IMG/VR virus record: IMGVR_UViG_3300000439_000015
Location: 1 to 64,000 of that record
Length of the DNA stretch: 64,000 nt
Reading direction: 5' to 3' (one strand)
Source of the DNA: a virus
Lineage: Duplodnaviria > Caudoviricetes
Shown: positions 30,601-39,132 of the stretch, in pieces
How the letters are laid out: each line of letters begins with the position of its first letter
Position numbering within the stretch: the first letter of the stretch is position 1
Notes under the pieces: model-generated
The model's database searches: none
What the model saw: only the letters and a program-made list of their open reading frames with translations
What the model was told of the DNA's origin: nothing
Program-made: the position numbers and the translations under genes

Positions 30601-31735
30601 ACTTGATGAAGAGGTTGACGAAGATGCCAATCTCCTTGCTGCTGAACACCTTTGACAAGATTTGTCCAACTGCCGAGAAGAAACCGATGATTGGCTTCAG
30701 TACCGCCAGCAATGCAGGAAGAAATCCTGAGGTGAAAATCTTTATCATCGGCATGAAACTGGTAACCAAGGCACCAAGCGCATTACCAATCGTGGACGAC
30801 ACCAGCGTCATGGACTGTGCGATGGCGTTGAAGAGTGGCATGGCTGCTTGGAGCGCCGCACCCAACAACTGCGCCATGTTGTCAATGACGGGCATCAGCC
30901 CTCGGCCCAGCGTTTGACCGAGGTTGTTGAAGTCGTTTTGCAAGCGTTCAACTGGTGTAATGGCGGCCTCTGCGGTGCCACCCAACTGTGAGTTGATGTC
31001 CTTGATGGTCAACTGCTGAGCGGCAAGAAGGCCGTTGCGCTTCTCCGTCAACTTGATTTGTTCCTGCATGGGCTTCGAGAGGTGGAATCCCATGCGAGAC
31101 ATGGAACCCATTGCCTTGGCAGGGTCGGCAAGCACTCGTCCCAGCGCCTTGGCACCCGTGACGACGCTTCCTCGTGAACCCATCTGTGCTGAAAGGTTGG
31201 CGGCAGCAATCAATGACTGGTTTAGGTAGTCGCCGCTCTTCTTCGTTTCAGCATTCTGCGAGTTGTACAGTTTTGTCAGGTCTTGGTTTGGAATAAGAAG
31301 ATTCTGGGCCTGAATGATGCTGTTCTTCGAGATACCAGTTTGGAACGACATCTTGGTCGCCTGTTGGTCGAGCAGCGCCGAGTACTGTTCACCAGCCTTG
31401 TTGATGGCTGTCTGCGTACCGAGAACGGTTGACAAGCCGCCAACGAACGACATACTTGCGGAGCCTTGGTTTTTCACCAAGACTGCCTGTTGTGCCTGCA
31501 AACTGGTCTGCTGCGAGGCGAGGTCTACACCCTTGCTAAGCAGTGCGTATGCACCACCGAAAGCAATGGCTGAGCCAACGATTCCACCAACGTTGCTAAA
31601 CAAGTTGGTCATGCGACCAGCGACGTTAGAGGCGTGTGCCGATACAGCGTCTAGTGATTCTTGAAGGTTGGTGGGGTCACCAATAATCTGTACCCGAAGT
31701 TGGGCAGCAGATTCCATTCCACCTGACATAGACAT
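27686..31735 (-). CDS. Tape measure protein
   Basis: 1349 aa Ala/Gly-rich; N-terminal LRVQIIGDPTNLQESL; C-terminal W-spaced repeats; follows the tail chaperones. Confidence 0.9.
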   Translation of the reverse strand: MSMSGGMESAAQLRVQIIGDPTNLQESLDAVSAHASNVAGRMTNLFSNVGGIVGSAIAFGGAYALLSKGVDLASQQTSLQAQQAVLVKNQGSASMSFVGGLSTVLGTQTAINKAGEQYSALLDQQATKMSFQTGISKNSIIQAQNLLIPNQDLTKLYNSQNAETKKSGDYLNQSLIAAANLSAQMGSRGSVVTGAKALGRVLADPAKAMGSMSRMGFHLSKPMQEQIKLTEKRNGLLAAQQLTIKDINSQLGGTAEAAITPVERLQNDFNNLGQTLGRGLMPVIDNMAQLLGAALQAAMPLFNAIAQSMTLVSSTIGNALGALVTSFMPMIKIFTSGFLPALLAVLKPIIGFFSAVGQILSKVFSSKEIGIFVNLFIKLGTAVAGAILPALNELAGIFKKLEQSGQLTQLLNAFLGVLTAILPVLPTLVTAFAQMLQAVMPIIPYFAELVTILAKISAKTINALVSGFDGFVRVITKFKPLFAVLGGIMLAFAAVWFSKKLFQTPMMALVQGTEKMVGSVLRQTIRMKAGFKGAFSGIREEGDSAFAGMGMGWRKGMAAAEKDIRQRQLNMMVLTKQVNPRSATRLQRMLDVQGPEAEEVYKNARLQTMPLFGKYFAARQKAGESDAAYEARQAELKKARGVKNYLLGSNLSVQEFMKQSQLPSEDEEGNISALNENTKALQASADMFKTGMSSTVHTGAESYKNSPYYQAMMIASAKPGGTTQEEKDAWSAKTYQMMKRMGDDNAKAREAAEKSAKALEGISKPSFFSRLGGRLGGTGGGRQFASGVGMAATGAFGAATSFALGGGMGQLSQFGKGISDLFNGKKVDWNGMMMGAMQLSGELGSMAPLVHGLGNMFGGAGKIIKKMFGSEVLDAVTAGTGTETAIGTSMTTISGEAAAMSASVEGNFATIGAVADATGAQMVTDFTGATGTIEAEMTATEGTSVGVFGKMGKALKTFITNGLSWMKNLASNAGTALASMASQAKAFALTALGWMKDFALSAGAWMRNLATTVGDAFVLMAGKAKAFALSALGAIKKFAIAASTMITETIIPAIGEMAGAFKGFVLSALAGMKELALGAWAAITETIIPAIVEMGAALWTALLPILPELLLITGAVALVGTAVYLIIKYWKDVKHWAVDAWHGIEDAAKTVFGWIQGAWGGIMDAGKVVMGWFVSAWDAVRNAAVGVWHDILGAGKKVWSWLTGAFGYVESIGKTIWDGLYNGFVRVANMIIKAYNATIGNVLGWLGLGGGAKFGYLKTIGGPSASGGKTAPTTAGAMNVHILSASAAAGKALTGTKGSNVPHTTVNVHQGAFQVNVQGSLDSASMSDVKNHVNEQFKQLKYAVRAQGR

Positions 31736-31775
31736 AACGGCACGCTCCTAGACCTGAAGTCTATTTCACCTTTGA

Positions 31776-32320
31776 CTAATAGCCGTTTTTGGCCTTCGCC
31801 ATTTCCTGCTCTTGGTCATAAGCACGAAGTTTGTAGAAGGCCAACCATTCCACCAACTCAGGGGATGAGAGCGGACGGTGTGAGGGCGAACCCTCTAAGA
31901 GTTCCTCAACCGTCCGCCCCAACGTTTCCGCTAGGACAAAGAGGAATCGTCGCTCTGGGTTGGCGAGAAGTCTTTTCCCGATTCGTCCACCGCATCTTCA
32001 CCCATGCCCGAAAGACGAAGGGCGACGGCAGCGATGCCTTCGATTGCGGCAGCCGACTTCGCCATGAGAGCATCACGGTCAGTAGGAAGGAATACACGCT
32101 CGCCCGATACGGGGTCGAAGGTGCAGTGAATCACCAAGTCGGGAAGAACATCCTCTAGGGCAAAGATGCCGTTGTTCTCGTTCTGAGCCTTGCCAATCAT
32201 CCGAGCACGGTCTTTGGCGGTCATAGCCTTGACCAGAACCTCTACGCCCCATGCTGGGACGTTGTAAAGTTCCGACTGGATGTCGTCGGCAGCGAAAATC
32301 TTTTCACTAAGGGTTGACAT
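31776..32320 (-). CDS. Tail assembly chaperone, frameshifted long form (G-T)
   Basis: -1 shift at GGGAAAA gives ...GKRLLANPERRFLFVLAETLGRTVEELL...LSSPELVEWLAFYKLRAYDQEQEMAKAKNGY*. Confidence 0.8.
31931..32320 (-). CDS. Tail assembly chaperone (G)
   Basis: ATG 32320 behind CAGGAG; VPAWGVEVLVKAMTAKDR motif. Confidence 0.85.
   Translation of the reverse strand: MSTLSEKIFAADDIQSELYNVPAWGVEVLVKAMTAKDRARMIGKAQNENNGIFALEDVLPDLVIHCTFDPVSGERVFLPTDRDALMAKSAAAIEGIAAVALRLSGMGEDAVDESGKDFSPTQSDDSSLS
31973..31979 (-). other. -1 programmed ribosomal frameshift slippery site
   Basis: TCG GGA AAA GAC contains G GGA AAA; the -1 frame is open to TAG at 31776. Confidence 0.8.
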
Positions 32321-32375
32321 TATTCTCCTGTTCGTTGTGGGCAAAACCCACCTACAGGATAGCCTACTCTATGGA

Positions 32376-33137
32376 TTAGATAAGCGAGCGAGAGACGACA
32401 CCCGTGACCTGAAGTTCAGCGTCAAAGGTGACTACGCCCGAAACCGTTGACTTCAGGTCGTACTTCGTCAAGATGCCCTGACCGTAGTATTTCACTGAGG
32501 CAGCGCCACCAGCAAAGGCACCTGGGTCGGTGGGGCCGTAGACGAAGGAGATGAACTGACCAGCGGTGTTCTGGTAGTTCAGAGCCGACTGCATTGCAGC
32601 GTCAAGACCAGTAAGGCCGAAGATGGTCGAAGCCGAATCGTAGTGACCAGAGAAGGTGACCGTGTAGTCCTTCAGACCGACGATGAACGACTTGACACCA
32701 GAGGCGTTGAACGAGGTCGTCTCTTCGGCAGCAATGGCAGTTGGGAAGTCCACGTCGTTGATGTATGGTGAAATGTTCCACATTGGAAGCAAGTAGCCCG
32801 TACCCGAAGTCGCACCTGCGGCGATGGTAGCGACGGAGAAGATGCTCGTGCTCGACGTGGTGGGCTGGGTCGCCGTAAGCAGCGGAACGGTCAACGAAGG
32901 CAGGGGTGAAAGGTTCTGGCTGTTGGCGGCGTTGGCGAAGAAACCGTAGTACGACGTACCCGACGAGTTGGTGTACAGAACGTTGTCTGAGGCAAGGAGC
33001 GAACCAGTCGTAACCAACGTACCAGCAGTACCCGTGAACGTCGTGGTGCTCATGGACGTGTAGGTGTTGATGGGCGTGGTTGCGTTCTCGAATCCGAGGG
33101 CGAGAAAGGCATTCTTACCGTGCTGGAAAGTTGGCAT
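32376..33137 (-). CDS. Tail tube protein paralogue B
   Basis: MPTFQHGKNAFL...ISPYINDVDFPTAIAAEETTSF...KSFIVGLKDYTVTFSG...TFDAELQVTGVV. Confidence 0.75.
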   Translation of the reverse strand: MPTFQHGKNAFLALGFENATTPINTYTSMSTTTFTGTAGTLVTTGSLLASDNVLYTNSSGTSYYGFFANAANSQNLSPLPSLTVPLLTATQPTTSSTSIFSVATIAAGATSGTGYLLPMWNISPYINDVDFPTAIAAEETTSFNASGVKSFIVGLKDYTVTFSGHYDSASTIFGLTGLDAAMQSALNYQNTAGQFISFVYGPTDPGAFAGGAASVKYYGQGILTKYDLKSTVSGVVTFDAELQVTGVVSRSLI

Positions 33138-33146
33138 TGTTACTCC

Positions 33147-34166
33147 TTAGTAACGGGCGAACCCGTAATAGACCACCGCTGAGGGGCTTGTGCCGCCCAG
33201 CGTTACTGCGAGCCGTGTGTACGAATAAATCGTACCAGTCAAAATCTGAATGCTTGAACCTAGCGAGGTCAAGGCGACACCCTCAGGGCCACCAGTGGCA
33301 GGAACCCATGAACTACCCGTTTGTGAGTGCTGCAACTGCACTGAAATCGTTGGCGACGTGCCGTTCAGGGTCAAAACGCCTAAGTGCAACTGACCACCGT
33401 TCGAGGAACCCGTGCCTGAAGAGGTGAGTGAGGCAGCCGTGTAGAACGTACCTGCGCCGTTCAGCACGGTGGCAGGAAGGTACTGACCCACGCCGTTCCA
33501 CACACCGCCGTCGGCGGTGGCTTCCATGTCAATGGCGACAACGCCAGCGACAGGCGACTTGATGTCGTACTTGGTTTCCACCACCTGAGCCAAGTGGCAG
33601 CGGAAGTCAGGGCCACCAGTGGCGGTAGCCGTTCCACCATCGGGGAAGATGAGGAATCCGTCGTCATTGTTGCCTTGGAAGGCGGCACCAAAGGCGTTCT
33701 CAACACCGCCAAGCGACTGCTCGAACATGCCCGACATGCTTAGGGAGCCTTCACGCAGGCCCTGAATGAACGACTTGACACCGTTGGTTTGGAACGCAGT
33801 CGTCTCCGTGGCTTCGATGCCTCGTGAGATTGATACGTCGTTGAAGTACTGGGAGAGGTCTGCACCGTAGCCAGCAGGAGCGGTGACGGCGATGGGAACC
33901 GTACCGCTGATGTCGGTTCTTGTGGTCGTACCGCTGATGGTGATGGTCTGGCTCGTGAGCGAGTTTGAGACTGCCGTGATGGTGCTCGAAGGAACTCCAG
34001 CAGCCGTTGCAGCCACGGTCATGCCGACGTAGAGGGGGGCGTTCGTCGCTTCGATGATGGTGATGGTGCTCGACGACGTGGCCCAAGTGCCGTTGACGGT
34101 AGCCGAGGTGAACGTGGGGTTCGAGAAGAGTACTCGTGTGTTCTTACCAATCATGAAAGTAGCCAT
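33147..34166 (-). CDS. Tail tube protein paralogue A with inserted and C-terminal domains
   Basis: MATFMIGKNTRV...LSQYFNDVSISRGIEATETTAF...KSFIQGLREGSLSMSG...AIDMEATADGG. Confidence 0.75.
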   Translation of the reverse strand: MATFMIGKNTRVLFSNPTFTSATVNGTWATSSSTITIIEATNAPLYVGMTVAATAAGVPSSTITAVSNSLTSQTITISGTTTRTDISGTVPIAVTAPAGYGADLSQYFNDVSISRGIEATETTAFQTNGVKSFIQGLREGSLSMSGMFEQSLGGVENAFGAAFQGNNDDGFLIFPDGGTATATGGPDFRCHLAQVVETKYDIKSPVAGVVAIDMEATADGGVWNGVGQYLPATVLNGAGTFYTAASLTSSGTGSSNGGQLHLGVLTLNGTSPTISVQLQHSQTGSSWVPATGGPEGVALTSLGSSIQILTGTIYSYTRLAVTLGGTSPSAVVYYGFARY

Positions 34167-34408
34167 TAGTTGCTCTCTTCAGTCGTGTTTTCGGCAGGTA
34201 CCGAGGTATCGGCAACAGGCTCAGGAGCCGTCACAGGGGCTTCTGGCGTGGCTGCTGATGCGCTTACGGCGACAATCCAGCCATCGGCAAGCAACCAAGC
34301 GATGTCCTCGCCTGGGAAATCGGAGATGATGGAACCAACCGTGGCAACCTTGCCGTTGTAAGCAATGTCGGCGTTGGTGACTTGATACGACTGGGTAGCC
34401 TTAGCCAT
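34166..34408 (-). CDS. Small structural-region protein
   Basis: Start reassigned to ATG 34408; IAWLLADGWIVAV, Pro/Glu-rich tail. Confidence 0.65.
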   Translation of the reverse strand: MAKATQSYQVTNADIAYNGKVATVGSIISDFPGEDIAWLLADGWIVAVSASAATPEAPVTAPEPVADTSVPAENTTEESN

Positions 34409-34461
34409 GAGTGCCTTTCGGGACGTTCCTACGGAAAATCGTACCACTCGTATTGGAAATG

Positions 34462-34740
34462 TCAGTCTGCTTCAGACTTCCGTCGCTTCTTGGCGTGTGG
34501 CTTGCTGACCCTGTTGGGATAGAAGGCTCGCATAGTGACGTGCCCGTAGACACCGCCGTGGACGATGATGCTGATGGCCTCACCGTCAATGACGTGGGCC
34601 GAGATGAACTTGAAGTCCCCTCGTTCACCACTGATGACGATGGGGTCGTCCTTCACAAACCCGTTCCATTCCTCGACGGCGACCCACTTGTGGGCAATCG
34701 TCGTGGGCGCTGATGCTGATGTGATGGTTCTTTTAGCCAT
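34462..34740 (-). CDS. Hypothetical protein (SH3-like beta)
   Basis: 92 aa; follows the 44-aa ORF. Confidence 0.6.
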   Translation of the reverse strand: MAKRTITSASAPTTIAHKWVAVEEWNGFVKDDPIVISGERGDFKFISAHVIDGEAISIIVHGGVYGHVTMRAFYPNRVSKPHAKKRRKSEAD

Positions 34741-34742
34741 AG

Positions 34743-34877
34743 TTAGAATCCCCCCAGCAGACGGACGAGGGCAGGTGGAGCAGGAGTGTTGCTGGTCTTG
34801 GGTCGAGCAACCCTTGCGGCTGGCTTTACCGACTTCTTAGCGGCACCCTTGTTGTTCTTGGTCTTGTCGTTATTCAT
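34743..34877 (-). CDS. Small basic protein (44 aa)
   Basis: MNNDKTKNNKGAAKKSVKPAARVARPKTSNTPAPPALVRLLGGF; RBS ATAGGAG; own promoter. Confidence 0.55.
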   Translation of the reverse strand: MNNDKTKNNKGAAKKSVKPAARVARPKTSNTPAPPALVRLLGGF

Positions 34878-34925
34878 AGTTGCTCCTATCAGTGGGAAAA
34901 TCGCAGCGGCTAACTGCGTCTACTT

Positions 34926-34954
34926 ATTGTACAGTATGGCTGTGACAAAAGCAA
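34926..34954 (-). promoter_or_regulatory. TGTCAC-box promoter 4 (internal to the neck module)
   Basis: TTGCTT-17-TACAAT with TGTCACA ending 9 nt before the -10. Confidence 0.7.
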
Positions 34955-34961
34955 GAATCTA

Positions 34962-35228
34962 TTATTCTTCTATCTGTTCACCACACTCGCACACTTTGTA
35001 CGAACCCGACATCGTGGAAACCAACATAGCATTCTCATGAGCGCAGCCGACTGGTACCACTTCCTGCACAGATTCCTGCACGGGTTCAGGTGATTCCAAA
35101 ACAGGCTCGTCCTCAATCATGATGAGCAACTGCTCGGCGGCACGGATGGCGTGCAGGGCTGCTTCGTTCGCCAGCCGTGCTGAACGTAGGGCGAGCATTA
35201 TGGGATTTGGCACATACTCACTAGACAT
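34962..35228 (-). CDS. Hypothetical protein with C-terminal CxH...CxC
   Basis: 88 aa; VGCAHENAMLV...YKVCECG. Confidence 0.6.
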   Translation of the reverse strand: MSSEYVPNPIMLALRSARLANEAALHAIRAAEQLLIMIEDEPVLESPEPVQESVQEVVPVGCAHENAMLVSTMSGSYKVCECGEQIEE

Positions 35229-35676
35229 TTGGAACTCCGTTTGTTGCGTTGGTTGTCATGATGAAGTTCATGGTGAACTTGGGGCGCTCGACCTCATCAG
35301 GGCCGAGGTAGTTCGGGATGCCTTCGGTGGCGATGCGGACGCAGTAGGGGAAGTAGGTGGAATCGGGGACGACGTGGCCTGCAAAGACGTTGCGAATGGC
35401 GACTGCCCATGCGTAGGTGTTCGGGTAGTCCTCAGGGATGCCACGGACGGAGATTTGGATTCGAGGAAACTCCAACGCCGAGATGTTCGGCCCCATGGTG
35501 AAGTTCGGCTCCTGACCGAGGTACTCGTAGACGGCGACGGTCTGGTTCGGCGCTTCAGCAGGGATGCGGCCCAGAAAGAGGTTCACGCCAAGGGTGAGGT
35601 TGCCGTATGAGGTGGAAAGGTTCTGGCTGCTAAGGAACCGTCCGATGTCATCAAGTATTGCCATTAGTGCTTCCAT
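35221..35676 (-). CDS. Tail terminator / minor capsid-type protein
   Basis: GVNLFLGRIPAEAPNQTVAVYEYLG...PRIQISVRG...RPKFTMNF. Confidence 0.75.
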   Translation of the reverse strand: MEALMAILDDIGRFLSSQNLSTSYGNLTLGVNLFLGRIPAEAPNQTVAVYEYLGQEPNFTMGPNISALEFPRIQISVRGIPEDYPNTYAWAVAIRNVFAGHVVPDSTYFPYCVRIATEGIPNYLGPDEVERPKFTMNFIMTTNATNGVPNV

Positions 35677-36083
35677 CCCATGAGTGCGCCCTTTATCGTA
35701 GCCTTCTTTATGGCTTCCATCAACTTCGCCTCAGACTGCGCCAGTGGTGTTTCTAGGAACTTCGCCTGCGTCGGGGCTTCGTGACGTGCTTCGAGGTTTT
35801 CGTGGACGTAGAGGGCGTAGTCAACGTCGGCGTTGCCGTAGTTGATGTACGCCTGCGGCTTCTCGTAGTTTGCCATTACCGACTTTGCTGGAATGAACAC
35901 GCCAGATGCTTTCAGAGCGCCCGTGTCCACGGGGACAAGTTCTTGGCTCTTGGCGAACACGCCGCTCATCACCTCGTTGATTGCGAGGGCCACATGCTTG
36001 TTGATGCTGCGTCGGATGATTGCCGGAACGGGAAGGGTGCTGGGGTCAATCTTGAAACGGGCGAACGGGCGACTGCGAGGCAT
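35664..36083 (-). CDS. HK97 gp10-like neck/tail completion protein
   Basis: SQELVPVDTGALKAS, YALYVHE, AKFLETP; start reassigned to ATG 36083. Confidence 0.8.
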   Translation of the reverse strand: MPRSRPFARFKIDPSTLPVPAIIRRSINKHVALAINEVMSGVFAKSQELVPVDTGALKASGVFIPAKSVMANYEKPQAYINYGNADVDYALYVHENLEARHEAPTQAKFLETPLAQSEAKLMEAIKKATIKGALMGWKH

Positions 36084-36090
36084 TATTTCA

Positions 36091-36561
36091 CTACTCGAAG
36101 TGCAGGACAGTGTTGTAGCCAATCAAGCCGTTCTCGTCGTAGTTGTTCTCAACGAACATGATGATGGGGTGCTGCTGCGCAGGATTAGTGACATTTGGAA
36201 GGGTCACACGGCTTTCGGTGCTGATGCCCAAGTAGAACCCGTTGAGGTACGCACGGCCCGAACTAACGAGGTCACGTCCATTGATGGTCGCCAACACTTT
36301 GGTCTGGTACTCCAAGCGACAGAGGTACTGCGTCGCCGCTCCGTATTCCACCGTCGAACTAGAGTTGCCCGATGAGTTCACAAAGTGCCGCCCGTAACCG
36401 TCCAGCGTTGCCGTCGGATTTGACGGGTTGTAGTTCGGGTTGGCGATGACATTCTCGATAAGAATAGGCTGGTTCATCAGGGCTAATAGGTCAGCGTCAA
36501 TGCCCGTGGCGGCTATTCCACCAAGTCCATTGGGTTCTTCATAGCCGTAGTAAATCGTCAT
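36091..36561 (-). CDS. Head closure / head-tail adaptor
   Basis: Position in the neck module; LDGYG...YLCRLE pattern. Confidence 0.6.
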   Translation of the reverse strand: MTIYYGYEEPNGLGGIAATGIDADLLALMNQPILIENVIANPNYNPSNPTATLDGYGRHFVNSSGNSSSTVEYGAATQYLCRLEYQTKVLATINGRDLVSSGRAYLNGFYLGISTESRVTLPNVTNPAQQHPIIMFVENNYDENGLIGYNTVLHFE

Positions 36562-37073
36562 TACGGAACTTCCTCAACGATTTGACCAGTCTCAGCCGAG
36601 TACTCTCCTGCGTAGTCGGGCGAGTAGCCCGTGCCATACGTCGTGGTGGTACCAAGGACGGAGCCAGAAGGCCACGCATTTGGAACGGCGTAGTAGGGGT
36701 CGAACTCGCCAACCTTCAGTTCCGCACCCAGTGCGTTGGGGTCTGCTGAAACCGATGGTGGGTTGACACGACGACCACGGAGCAACAAGTCCTTGGCGAG
36801 ACGTTCGTAGCGTTGCGCACGGTCACCGTAGGACTTGCTGATGTCCAGTCCGCCGACGCTCTTGCTCTCGCTCTGAGCGAGGCCCGTGAACTGCGCTGCG
36901 AGGTTGTAGCAGACGTTTGAGGCGGCTCGGTAGAGGTTCTGGTTCACCTCTGCCAAGCAGAAGTAGATTTCCTCGTCCTGAATCAAGGGATTCGCCTCGA
37001 CGGTATCACCAATCATGAAGCGAACTTGGTCTTTGAGGGAACTGTTCGGATTGCCTGAGTAAGTCCATCCCAT
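36561..37073 (-). CDS. Head-tail connector protein
   Basis: WTYSG...DQVRFMIGDT...LIQDEEI...YRAAS...SVGGLDISKSY. Confidence 0.75.
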   Translation of the reverse strand: MGWTYSGNPNSSLKDQVRFMIGDTVEANPLIQDEEIYFCLAEVNQNLYRAASNVCYNLAAQFTGLAQSESKSVGGLDISKSYGDRAQRYERLAKDLLLRGRRVNPPSVSADPNALGAELKVGEFDPYYAVPNAWPSGSVLGTTTTYGTGYSPDYAGEYSAETGQIVEEVP

Positions 37074-37426
37074 TATTGGAGCACGCTTTCATCAATGACG
37101 AGCGTGCCCGTGAGTACACGAGATGCGCCGTTCGAGGTTTGTGTTGCGGTGATTTGGAAGCGCCAACGCCCTGCCGACAAGGACGAGAGTTCGCCAACGG
37201 CCCAGTTGACAGTCAAGTTTGGCTGCCCCACAGTAGGTGGAACAGTCGAGTTGGTCACGAAGTAGGTCTGGTTGGTCTTGGTAATCGTGGCACCGTTGGG
37301 TGGCTGACCAATCGTCATTTTGAACGTCCATCCGCTACTGAAATCCAGTAGTGCACCGCTTGCGTCGAACCATTGGAATGCTGCGGCTGGCAGGCTTGCG
37401 GCAGGGGTGGGGTAATGAATGGTCAT
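37073..37426 (-). CDS. BppU-N-like Ig-fold structural protein
   Basis: DASGALLDFSSGWTFKMTI...GRWRFQITAT. Confidence 0.55.
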   Translation of the reverse strand: MTIHYPTPAASLPAAAFQWFDASGALLDFSSGWTFKMTIGQPPNGATITKTNQTYFVTNSTVPPTVGQPNLTVNWAVGELSSLSAGRWRFQITATQTSNGASRVLTGTLVIDESVLQ

Positions 37427-37456
37427 TGCTTTCCTTTGGCGACTAAAGAGGTGAAA

Positions 37457-39112
37457 CTACTGTCCGTCCTCATACGATGATACCCCGTCCTCTCGGAATC
37501 CCTCTGCCGTGTTTTGGGTGGTGAACGACTGCTGGTTGGGGTTGACGAACGTCTCGGCGGTGTTCTCGGTGTAGAACGGATTTGGGTTCTTGAAACCGAA
37601 CAGGCTGGTGATTGCTGCCGAGTACTTGAAGTACGTCGCTATGGCCTTGGTCGCTTGGCGAAGCGCAGCGGAGCCAGTTCGGACGGCACTTACCGCACGG
37701 TAACCAACGGTTGATTCCACCAGAGCGGAGTAAGCAGCGCCGAAGAACGAGGTAGACTTGACAACCTCAGTCTTTTGTGTGAGCGTGGTTTCGCTCGTTT
37801 TGGAAGTGCCGTATGACTTGGTTGCCACTGTCTTTTCCACCTCGGCGGCTTGTGCGGCGGCGAAGTATTGAGCGGACTTGGCTGCTTCGGTTGATTCCAC
37901 CAACGCCGTTTCGTTTGTTTTGGTTACGCCACGAGATTTGGAACCGACAGTACTTTCGGTCAATGGTGTTTCACTTGTTTCAGATACGGTGCGTGACTTG
38001 GTGGCGTTAGTTGCCTGCGTCTCCGACGTGGCCCCATTCTTTACCGACGAGTAAGCCTTGCCATTCTCCTGCGACAGGATTTCACTGGCCTCAGAAGTGC
38101 GTGGGAAGTTTGCAGCACGGGCAACTTCTTGGCCTTCGACGAGGTACGGTTCAGCATCAACTGCGCTGTAGCCGTGGGCTTGTGCGCCAGCCGTTGCCTC
38201 TGTGCTGATGCCCCTGTACAAGACGACACTGTTGTCCTTGTAGTCGCCGTAGAAACCCGCCAAAGTCCACGTTGACTGTCCATTGACGGTTGGAACGGGG
38301 GAAGCAAGGTAGTAGGTGGTGAACGGGTCGCCTGTGTGAATGAGTGTTGAAGATGTAACTTTCACAACGGGGATGTCAACGTATGCGTTGCCGTTTGAGA
38401 ATCGAATGACCTTCCCGTAGTAATCACCTATAACGAAAGAGGCGTAAGCGTCAAACTGCGTTGCGCCACTAGTAACAACCCCACTAAGGGCAGTCCCACC
38501 AACGGCGCTTGAATAAATGGCTTCTAGGTCTACCGAGCGGTTGTTGTCTGTCACGACGTAGCCGTGCTGATTAGCAGTCTCGACATTTGGAAGTTCGCTA
38601 CTTTGCGAACTCTTGACACTGGCGTAGATGCGACCAGAAGTTGATTTTTCCACCAAAGCGGAAATAGCAGAACGGATAATGCCAACAACTTTGACGGCGT
38701 TTGTTGACTGCCCCCCAAGCGTTTGCGATGTCTTGTTGTACGCACGCTGGTTGGCAACCTCTGTGGTGAAAACCGTGGCATTGGCGTTGGTTTTTGCGGA
38801 CGACACCGCACGCTCGGCGTTGGTGTTGCTCGCCTCTGCACCCCGACCAATCTTTGATGACGAAACAGACTTTTCACCATTGGTCGCCTCTAGCAGTACC
38901 GTTGTCAATCCAGTCTCATTACGGGTCTGTGACTTGGTAGTGACGGTGTATTGGCGTTCAGCGGCGACGGATGCCTTGTTGCTCTCTGAAGCCTTTTCAG
39001 CGTTGGTCTTTTGCGATTGGTTATTCTCGCTCGCACCGCTCAGGAAGCGCCCTGCGAAATCGTACTGTCCGCCGTTGAAGAAGGCTTGGCTGTACTTGAC
39101 ACCCCTTGACAT
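37457..39112 (-). CDS. S/T/A-rich repetitive structural protein
   Basis: 551 aa; repeated ALVE/STE units; located among virion genes. Confidence 0.6.
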   Translation of the reverse strand: MSRGVKYSQAFFNGGQYDFAGRFLSGASENNQSQKTNAEKASESNKASVAAERQYTVTTKSQTRNETGLTTVLLEATNGEKSVSSSKIGRGAEASNTNAERAVSSAKTNANATVFTTEVANQRAYNKTSQTLGGQSTNAVKVVGIIRSAISALVEKSTSGRIYASVKSSQSSELPNVETANQHGYVVTDNNRSVDLEAIYSSAVGGTALSGVVTSGATQFDAYASFVIGDYYGKVIRFSNGNAYVDIPVVKVTSSTLIHTGDPFTTYYLASPVPTVNGQSTWTLAGFYGDYKDNSVVLYRGISTEATAGAQAHGYSAVDAEPYLVEGQEVARAANFPRTSEASEILSQENGKAYSSVKNGATSETQATNATKSRTVSETSETPLTESTVGSKSRGVTKTNETALVESTEAAKSAQYFAAAQAAEVEKTVATKSYGTSKTSETTLTQKTEVVKSTSFFGAAYSALVESTVGYRAVSAVRTGSAALRQATKAIATYFKYSAAITSLFGFKNPNPFYTENTAETFVNPNQQSFTTQNTAEGFREDGVSSYEDGQ

Positions 39113-39132
39113 TTCACCTTCTACATGGTCGC

